The notes under the pieces were generated by a model that saw only the letters and a program-made list of their open reading frames with translations, was not told the DNA's origin and searched no databases. From assembly GCA_964390275.1 (NCBI GenBank), contig CAYMHQ010000005.1, positions 1-35,233 on the forward strand: a stretch of 35,233 bases of DNA, read 5' to 3'. The translations under genes and the position numbers were made by a program. Shown here in pieces: positions 28,668-35,233 of this stretch (positions are counted from its first letter, which is position 1; the number at the start of each line of letters is the position of its first letter). This stretch comes from an uncultured Coriobacteriaceae bacterium (lineage in GTDB: Bacteria; Actinomycetota; Coriobacteriia; Coriobacteriales; UMGS124).

Positions 28668-29587
28668 GCGGAGACCTCCGTTTCGAGTCTTGTGGCGACG
28701 GGGTCCTCCCCCGCCGGTGTGCGGCACTCCGAGTCGGGGCATTCCTCAGCGGCCGTGCGTTCGGCGTCGCAGAGCGCCTCGTAGTACGCCATGAGCGCCC
28801 TGCCCATGGCGTACGTGCCGAGCCCCGCGACCGCGGCGCCCACAAGGCGGCCCGGCAGCGGGAGGCGCGAGGAGAGGGCCCGGGAGATCCCGCGCAGGCC
28901 GTACGAGGAGGCGAGGATGGCCGAGGCCTCCCCCAGACGTGACCAGTCGAGCGGAAGACCGTAGGAGTCTGCCATCTTGAGCATCATGGCGACCTCGGCC
29001 GCGAGCATCGCCGGGAAGTCGGCCCCGCCGAGGGGCACGAGGCCCACCATGACGTTGTCGCGGACCGCCTCGCGCGCGACAACGAGCGCCCGCGCCCGGC
29101 GACAGCACGCGAAGCCCGCGCTCAGTGCCGGCGCACGCCCCTCGAGCGCGCTCACGAGCCACAGGCCAACCGCCTCGGCTGCGCCCTCGGAACGGCACAC
29201 GACAAGGTCAGACGAATCGACGCCGCCGTCCACGAGCGCGAGGATCGCCTCCTCGCCGAGGGACGCGGGCGCGACGAAGCAGCAGGAGAGGCCCGCCTCT
29301 GCGTACGACCGGTACGTCCCGAGGGCCGGACGCGCGCAGATGCCCGCGACCACGACCGCCGCGTCGCAGAGCGCGTTTCGGGCCGGCGTCGCGGAGCCGA
29401 CCTCGATCGCGGACACGTCGAGCCTGGCGGTGGCTGTGAGGGGGACGAACCCCTCGCGCAGCGACGCGACCACGTCCCTGTCCGCATCGCGCGCGACCGA
29501 GAACGCGAGGCGTACCTCGGCGTCCGCCGACTCGATCTTACGCCGCACCGAGAACGCCTTCGTCAGCTGGTCGAACGCTATGCCCAT
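28664..29587 (-). CDS. Hypothetical protein with a C-terminal DUF697-like segment
   Basis: 307-aa ORF with high GC3, and a GAGGGGG SD 7 nt before ATG 29587. The C-terminal half (VGLVPLGGADFPAMLAAEVAMMLKMADSYGLPLD...LPLPGRLVGAAVAGLGTYAMGRALMAYYE) resembles the DUF697 pattern. The N-terminal half has no P-loop or other motif I recognise. Confidence 0.65.
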   Translation of the reverse strand: MGIAFDQLTKAFSVRRKIESADAEVRLAFSVARDADRDVVASLREGFVPLTATARLDVSAIEVGSATPARNALCDAAVVVAGICARPALGTYRSYAEAGLSCCFVAPASLGEEAILALVDGGVDSSDLVVCRSEGAAEAVGLWLVSALEGRAPALSAGFACCRRARALVVAREAVRDNVMVGLVPLGGADFPAMLAAEVAMMLKMADSYGLPLDWSRLGEASAILASSYGLRGISRALSSRLPLPGRLVGAAVAGLGTYAMGRALMAYYEALCDAERTAAEECPDSECRTPAGEDPVATRLETEVSA

Positions 29588-29668
29588 CCCGCAACCCCCT
29601 CTCGGGTAGACCGCCGCGGGACATCGCCCGCGACCTGGGAAACATCCGCCGGATCACCGGCCAAAACG

Positions 29669-30859
29669 CTACAGAGACCGGCCCGCGCGGGAGCTCACCG
29701 ACTGGACGAGGCCCACGGTGGCGAGCTGGGCCACCATCGAGGACGACCCGAAGCTGATGAACGGCAGCGGGACGCCCGTGATCGGCATGAGCGAGAGGCA
29801 CATGCCGACGTTCTCGAAGACCTGGAACGTCCACATGGCGGCGACGCCCACCACGATGAGCTTCCCGAAGACGCCCTCGCACCGCTGGGCGATGCGGAGG
29901 GTCGAGATGATCAGCACCAGGAACAGCACGAGCAGGAGGCACGACCCCACGAACCCGAACTCCTCGGAGAGGAGCGCGAACACGAAGTCGGTGTGCGCCT
30001 CGGGGAGGAAGCCCAGACCGGCCTGGGTCGCGTTACCGATCCCCTTTCCGAAGAGCCCGCCCGACCCCACCGCGATGAGGGCCTGCTGCAGGTTGTACCC
30101 CGAGTCCGAAGTGTCAGAGTCGGGGTCGAGAAAGACCAGCAGGCGGTTCATCTGGTAGTCCTTGATGAGGGAGTTGCTGTCCCCCACCGCCGCGTCGACG
30201 AGGTCGTCGGTGAGCAGGATGATCGCGACGAGCGCCAGCAGGATCGCGACCGTCGCTATGACCCACTGCCGCCTGGGACCCGCGGCGACGATCACCACCG
30301 CGCCCGAGACCAGAATGACGAGACCCGTGCCGAGGTCGGGCTGGAGCAGGATGAGCAGGAACGGCACCGCGAGGACGCCGCAGAGTTTGAGGTAGTCGCC
30401 GAGCGACGTGACCTTGCCGCCGAACCTCGCCCCGAGCGCCGCCATGAGGACGATGGTCAGGGGCTTGGCGAGCTCGGAGGTCTGGAACGTGAGCCCAATG
30501 ACCGGGATCCGGATCCAGCCGGTGATGCCGCGCGCGTAGTAGGAGAGACCCGGGATGAGCGGCGCCACCATGAGGAAGCAATCCACGAGGAAGAGCGCCG
30601 CGACGAACCCGGAGAGCTTGCGGTAGTCGCAGCGCCACACGACGAGGGCGCACACGGCCCCGACCGCGATGCCGAAGAGGTGCCTCGACAGGTCGGCGTC
30701 CTCGATGGCGAGGGACGCAGAGTAGATGACCACGGCGCCGTAGGCGACGAGCAGGACCGCGCTCACGAGCACCGGCATGTCGACACCGGCCGCGAGCGAG
30801 CGGAGCTCCTCACGCGACGCCTCCCCCTTGGCCGCCTTCTCGAAATGCGCGGCGCCCAT
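29669..30859 (-). CDS. rodA: SEDS-family peptidoglycan glycosyltransferase RodA
   Basis: Multi-pass membrane protein with GYNLQQALIAVGSGGLFGKG...PEAHTDFVFALLSEEFGFVG...PITGVPLPFISFGSS. Follows PBP2 with a TGATG stop/start overlap. Confidence 0.92.
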   Translation of the reverse strand: MGAAHFEKAAKGEASREELRSLAAGVDMPVLVSAVLLVAYGAVVIYSASLAIEDADLSRHLFGIAVGAVCALVVWRCDYRKLSGFVAALFLVDCFLMVAPLIPGLSYYARGITGWIRIPVIGLTFQTSELAKPLTIVLMAALGARFGGKVTSLGDYLKLCGVLAVPFLLILLQPDLGTGLVILVSGAVVIVAAGPRRQWVIATVAILLALVAIILLTDDLVDAAVGDSNSLIKDYQMNRLLVFLDPDSDTSDSGYNLQQALIAVGSGGLFGKGIGNATQAGLGFLPEAHTDFVFALLSEEFGFVGSCLLLVLFLVLIISTLRIAQRCEGVFGKLIVVGVAAMWTFQVFENVGMCLSLMPITGVPLPFISFGSSSMVAQLATVGLVQSVSSRAGRSL

Positions 30860-32949
30860 CAGTCCATCACCGTAGCGGTCGACACGTTGTTACCCCTTAG
30901 GAGCGCGATGGGATCGGTCATCTCCACGCCGTAGATCTCGCCCAGCACCTCGCGGCACATGTGGGTCGTCACGTCGCCGCCGCCTCCGCCGTGCTCGAGG
31001 AGCGATGCCACCACGTAGGTGGGGTCGCTCGCGGGGGCCGCCGCGATGAACCACGCATGGGTGTTGAAGTCGTCGTCGCCCGCCTCGCCGGTGCCCGACT
31101 TCCCCATGACCTCGACGGGAAGGCCGCCGAGGTAGTCGCCGACCACGGTCTCGTTCAGCACGCCCCACATGGCCTGGTCGACGAACGCGAGGATGTCGGG
31201 GTCGATGGCGACCGTCTTCTGGACGTGCTCGTTGCAGTACGCGACAGGCTCGTACGTGTCATTGGAGAGAACGTCGAGCATGATGTGCGGCCACATCTGC
31301 ACGGCGCCGTTCACGAGACCGCAGTACGCGTAGCACATCTGGAGCGGCGTGACGAGGACGTCGCCCTGGCCGATCGCGATGTTCGCGGAGTCGCCCGGCT
31401 GCCAGGCGCGGTCGTAGTCGGCCGCGCTCGTGTACCAGGACCACTTCCATTCGGCGTCGGGGATGCGCCCCTCGGCCTCGCCGGGAAGGTCGATCCCCGT
31501 CTTGGAACCGAGGCCCCAGCGGCGGAACATCTGCTGCATGCCCTCGGGGTTGTCGGAGTAGTAGAACTTCTTCGCAATCTCGTAGAACACGACGTCGCAG
31601 GAGTTCGTGATGCCGTCATGGAGGTTGAGCCACCCGTGGCCGGCGTGGTTCCAGCAGTACATGCCGTACTGCTCGCCCAGCCCGGTCCAGTAGCCCTCGC
31701 ACTCGAAGTAGTCCCCCTGCGTCGCCAGGCCGTTCTCGAGGGCGGCGCACGTGGTGAGGGGCTTCATGGTGGAGGCGGAGGGGTAGAGGCCGTTGATCGC
31801 GCGGTTGAGCAGGGGCGAGTTCGCCTCGGCGCTCACAAGCTGGGCCCAGTCCTCGGTGCTGATGCCGCCGATGAACGAGGCCGGACTGTAGTCGGGGTAG
31901 CTCGCCATCGCGAGCACCTCCCCCGTCTTGCAGTCGATGCACACGACCGCGCCGCCCGTGGGCGTGTACCCCAGGTAGTGCGCGACGTTGTACCCGGTCT
32001 GAATGGCGCGCTCGGCGGCCTGCTGGATGGAGACGTCGATGCTCAGGCGCACGTCGCAGCCGGGCTTGGGGTCGACCTCGCTCACAACGCCCGTGACGTC
32101 GCCGTCGGCGTTCACGTGGACGGTCCTGGTGCCGCGGACGCCCTGCAGCACGCTCTCGTACTGGTACTCGATGCCCGACTTGCCCACCACGTCGCCCGAC
32201 TGGTAGGTGATGAGGTTGTCCTCGTCGGCGGCGTACGCCTCGAGCTCATCAGAGGAGATGGTGCCCGCATACCCGAGCAGGTGGCAGGCGAGCGTGCCGA
32301 AGGGGTACGAGCGCACCGTGCGCGACTCGATGGACACGCCGGGGAACTGGCTGGGATGGCCGGCGACGTACGCGACCGCGGCGTCGGGCACGTCGAGCAT
32401 CACGGTGCGCTGCGACTGGGCGCCCTCGGTCGTGCTCTGGATGTTGCGGCGGATGGCGACCTCGGGCATGCCGAGCAGGTTGGAGAGGCGCTTGACGAGG
32501 CGCGTGTCGTCGGCGACGGACTTGTCTGCCACGAGCGTCATGCTCGGGCGGTTGTCGACGAGCACGGTGCCGTTGCGGTCGAGGATCCTTCCCCGCGCGG
32601 CGCGCGTCGAGACCTCGCGCGTGAGGTTCTGCTGGGCGCGCGCGGTGTAGGAGGAGCTCGACACGACCTGCATGCCCCACAGGCGCAGGAACAGGACGCC
32701 GAACGCGCCCGCGATGACGCCGGCGAGGATCTTGAGGCGATCGCGCATGTCGGACTCGACCGGCACGTCGGGGGCGTCGGCGCCGGGCATGGAAGCGCCC
32801 TTGTCGCCGTGCGAGAGGGAGCCGCGCCCGAGGCCGCGTCCGAACTCGAGCTCGGAGCGGTGCACGCCGCCGAGGCGGACGTTCACGACGATCGCGACGA
32901 CGAGGGCGACGAACGCGACGACGAGCAGGACGGGGAACACGTACGACAA
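30859..32949 (-). CDS. mrdA: Penicillin-binding protein 2 (elongasome transpeptidase)
   Basis: PBP dimerisation domain plus transpeptidase domain, with STMKP (SxxK), NSCD (SxN/D-like) and KSGTG motifs. TTG start at 32949 has GAGGAGG 9 nt upstream. Canonical PBP2 homology begins near MRDRLKIL (about codon 68). Confidence 0.92.
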   Translation of the reverse strand: MSYVFPVLLVVAFVALVVAIVVNVRLGGVHRSELEFGRGLGRGSLSHGDKGASMPGADAPDVPVESDMRDRLKILAGVIAGAFGVLFLRLWGMQVVSSSSYTARAQQNLTREVSTRAARGRILDRNGTVLVDNRPSMTLVADKSVADDTRLVKRLSNLLGMPEVAIRRNIQSTTEGAQSQRTVMLDVPDAAVAYVAGHPSQFPGVSIESRTVRSYPFGTLACHLLGYAGTISSDELEAYAADEDNLITYQSGDVVGKSGIEYQYESVLQGVRGTRTVHVNADGDVTGVVSEVDPKPGCDVRLSIDVSIQQAAERAIQTGYNVAHYLGYTPTGGAVVCIDCKTGEVLAMASYPDYSPASFIGGISTEDWAQLVSAEANSPLLNRAINGLYPSASTMKPLTTCAALENGLATQGDYFECEGYWTGLGEQYGMYCWNHAGHGWLNLHDGITNSCDVVFYEIAKKFYYSDNPEGMQQMFRRWGLGSKTGIDLPGEAEGRIPDAEWKWSWYTSAADYDRAWQPGDSANIAIGQGDVLVTPLQMCYAYCGLVNGAVQMWPHIMLDVLSNDTYEPVAYCNEHVQKTVAIDPDILAFVDQAMWGVLNETVVGDYLGGLPVEVMGKSGTGEAGDDDFNTHAWFIAAAPASDPTYVVASLLEHGGGGGDVTTHMCREVLGEIYGVEMTDPIALLRGNNVSTATVMD

Positions 32950-33057
32950 CGGCGAACACCTCCTCAGAACAGGCGCGCCGCAAGACGGGGCGGCGGGAAC
33001 GTTTCGACCGGGGACGGGGCGGCTGGGACCGAGAGGCCGTCGCCCGGAGGGGCGGGC

Positions 33058-33603
33058 CTAGGAGATGCGAAGGCCGCCCGAACCGAGCTTGCCGGGAGCC
33101 GAGAGGCGGCTCGCGACGGCGAGGACGACCGCCCCGACGATGACGTCGAGCACCGTTCCCGCGACGACGCGCCCCACGACGGCGAGCCCGAACACAATCC
33201 CCGAGCCGAACAGGAAGAGCAGAATGACATAGGCGGCATTATACGCGAGGGCCGCGACGGCGAAGACGCCGAGGGAGGGGACCCATTCCTCGGCGAGGAC
33301 GTTTCGCCTGTTCAGACCCAGCACGTACCCCGTCACGCATCCCAAAAGGCAGGAAACGCCCACAGGACCCGAGCACGTGAGGTCGAAGAGAAGTCCGAGG
33401 AGGAACCCGGCGACGCACCCGACGCCGGGGCCGTACACGAGGGCGAACACCGCAGTGAGCGCGAGCAGGAAGTGCGGCGGCGCGCCGAAGACGGAGATGT
33501 GCCCGGCGAGCACGAGATGGAGCAAGACGAGCGCGCCGGAGAGCGCGAAGATCGCCCAGCTGCGGCCTCCGAAGGCCTCGCCGTCGGAACGGGACTCGAG
33601 CAT
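33058..33603 (-). CDS. mreD: Rod shape-determining protein MreD
   Basis: Small polytopic membrane protein (HFLLALTAVFALVYGPGVGCVAGFLLGLLFDL...) located directly after mreC. Confidence 0.85.
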   Translation of the reverse strand: MLESRSDGEAFGGRSWAIFALSGALVLLHLVLAGHISVFGAPPHFLLALTAVFALVYGPGVGCVAGFLLGLLFDLTCSGPVGVSCLLGCVTGYVLGLNRRNVLAEEWVPSLGVFAVAALAYNAAYVILLFLFGSGIVFGLAVVGRVVAGTVLDVIVGAVVLAVASRLSAPGKLGSGGLRIS

Positions 33604-33606
33604 GGT

Positions 33607-34599
33607 CTACTCCTCCCCCGCCGCGACGTCGCCGTCGCCCGCAGCTTCGCCGTCCGCAGCCGCCGCTACCTCTGAAGACGAGGCATCGCCGGAGTCGGCG
33701 TAGAGCGACCCCGTCGTGAGGAGCGTCTCGGAGGCCACGGCGGACCTCGACGAGTCGAAGGACGTGATCACGTAGACCTCCTCGTAGTTCTGAACAGAGG
33801 CGACGGGCGCGACCACGATGTCGTAGTAGACGTCGGAGGGGGAGCTCGTGACGCTCGTGACGACTCCGAGCATGAGACCCTTGGGGTAGACGCCGTCCAT
33901 CCCCGAGGTCACGACGTACTCGCCAAGGCTGACCGAGGTCGAGACCGGGACGTACTCGAGATGGAGCGAGCCGTCAACCGAGCCGCACAGCACGCCGTTC
34001 TCGCGCGAGTTCTGCAGGATCGCGCTCACGGTGTAGCTCGAGTCGGCGAGAAGGGTGACCGTGGACGACACCAGGGAGACCTCCGTGACCTGCCCCACCA
34101 CGCCGTTGCCGTCGATGACGGGCATGTCCTCGACCACGCCGGACGAGGACCCCTTATCGATGGTGACCGTGCTCGTCCACCCGTTGGACGACGAGCCGAT
34201 GACGCGCGCCCCGATGCCCTCGGCCCCGTAGGCGCTGCTCAGGTTGATGATCGCCCTCAGGCGCTCGTTCTCGAGGCGGTACTCGTTGAGCTCGGACAGC
34301 TGGGAGACGAGCTCGGCGTTCTGCTCCTCGAGGCTCGTGAGCGTCTCGGTGTCGGCGGTCGCGTCGGCGAGGCGCTCGGACAGGGCCTGGAACGGCCGTG
34401 AGACCTGGGCCCCTACCCACTCGAACGGGGAGGCGACGACCTGGACGGCCTTGCGCAGGGTATGAACCGGTCCCGAGGCTCCCTCGAGGGAGTAGAGCGT
34501 GAAGATGACGATCGAGAGGCAGACGAGCACGACGAGCACGCGCCTGCCGGGGGCCTCGCCGGTCCCCGCCCGAACAAACGATTCCGAGAGTCTGGGCAT
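33607..34599 (-). CDS. mreC: Rod shape-determining protein MreC
   Basis: N-terminal TM helix, a coiled-coil (LTSLEEQNAELVSQLSELNEYRLENERLRAI), then beta-barrel repeats (...MPVIDGNGVVGQVTEV...VVTSGMDGVYPKGLMLGVV...). Located between mreB and mreD. Confidence 0.9.
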   Translation of the reverse strand: MPRLSESFVRAGTGEAPGRRVLVVLVCLSIVIFTLYSLEGASGPVHTLRKAVQVVASPFEWVGAQVSRPFQALSERLADATADTETLTSLEEQNAELVSQLSELNEYRLENERLRAIINLSSAYGAEGIGARVIGSSSNGWTSTVTIDKGSSSGVVEDMPVIDGNGVVGQVTEVSLVSSTVTLLADSSYTVSAILQNSRENGVLCGSVDGSLHLEYVPVSTSVSLGEYVVTSGMDGVYPKGLMLGVVTSVTSSPSDVYYDIVVAPVASVQNYEEVYVITSFDSSRSAVASETLLTTGSLYADSGDASSSEVAAAADGEAAGDGDVAAGEE

Positions 34600-34675
34600 C
34601 CTCGGCCACCTCCCCCGACGGCTCTGTCACTGGATGGTTGATGGGACCGCGGCACGGCGACCGCGGCAGGTCCGC

Positions 34676-35233
34676 CTACGTGGAGGACGGGCGCTCGTAG
34701 GAGCGCGTGAGGGCGTTCGCCTCGAGCACGCGCGTGCAGCCGATGACGACGTTCTCGAGCGCCGTGGGCGAAACGTTCACGGGCACGCCGGTCTCCTCGC
34801 GGAGGCGCTGGTCGAGGCCTTTGAGCATGCCGCCGCCGCCGGAGAGCAGGATGCCGTAGTACATAAGGTCGCTCGCCAGGTCGGGGGGCGTAAGGTCGAG
34901 GGTATCCTTGACCGCCCTGACCACCTCACCGACCGGAACCTGCAGGGCGCGGCGGACCTCCTCTGACTCGATGCGCACGGTCTTGGGCATGCCGGTCACC
35001 ACGTCGCGGCCGTTGACCTCGACGTCGAGCTCCTCGGGGAGCGGCGCCGCAGAACCAACCTTGATCTTGATAATCTCGGCGGTGCGCTCGCCGATGTTCA
35101 GGTTGTACGCGTCCTTCACATGGGTGAGGATGGCCTGGTCGAACTTGTTGCCGCCCGTGCGGACGGATTTGGAGACGACGATTCCGCCCATCGAGATGAC
35201 CGCGACCTCGGTGGTGCCGCCGCCGATGTCGAC
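34676..35233 (-). CDS. mreB: Rod shape-determining actin homolog MreB, C-terminal part (gene runs off the right edge)
   Basis: The minus-strand frame is open to the window edge: VDIGGGTTEVAVISMGGIVVSKSVRTGGNKFDQAI...GERTAEIIKIKVGSA...GILLSGGGGMLKGLDQRLREETG. Confidence 0.95.
   Translation of the reverse strand, partial: VDIGGGTTEVAVISMGGIVVSKSVRTGGNKFDQAILTHVKDAYNLNIGERTAEIIKIKVGSAAPLPEELDVEVNGRDVVTGMPKTVRIESEEVRRALQVPVGEVVRAVKDTLDLTPPDLASDLMYYGILLSGGGGMLKGLDQRLREETGVPVNVSPTALENVVIGCTRVLEANALTRSYERPSST

Noticed and set aside
30961-33675. 904-aa plus-strand ORF across PBP2, mreD and the mreC 3' end
   Set aside because: It is antisense to conserved genes and has low-complexity composition. 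The same reasoning applies to 45..1181, 1436..3031, 8776..10461, 10508..11425, 18923..20053 and 27696..28784.

Overview
High-GC (roughly two-thirds G+C) core-chromosome window. It is densely packed with housekeeping genes, almost all on the minus strand. I found no mobile elements, CRISPR arrays, tRNA/rRNA genes or recognisable defence systems.

Gene order, read along the minus strand from right to left:
- mreB (partial)-mreC-mreD-PBP2-rodA
- a translationally coupled four-gene module: an orphan DUF697-like protein, a TIGR03960 radical-SAM protein, its TIGR03936/DUF2344 partner, and a truncated RNase E/G homolog that appears catalytically dead
- rplU-rpmA-obg-proB-proA-nadD::yqeK-rsfS
- a plus-strand island (OmpR-type response regulator, histidine kinase, dinB)
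- rpsP-KH-rimM-trmD, then lepB-glyQ-glyS, then the PPDK regulator (PDRP) and ppdK
- an oppositely oriented rplS-rnhB pair
- a zinc-ribbon membrane protein, yraN, and the 5' part of comM/yifB

The gene order resembles Firmicutes, yet the genome is high-GC with strong GGAGG ribosome-binding sites, a two-subunit GlyRS, and an L27 without a propeptide (no prp gene). Together these suggest a Coriobacteriia-like actinobacterium; this is inference only. Many genes appear to start with TTG or GTG (rpsP, lepB, trmD, rsfS, PDRP, ppdK, the radical-SAM gene, PBP2).

The many long ORFs antisense to real genes are high-GC artefacts. The most interesting content is the uncharacterised radical-SAM/pseudo-RNase module. 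The rest of the window is ordinary. All calls come from reading the sequence and recalling family motifs; no searches were run.
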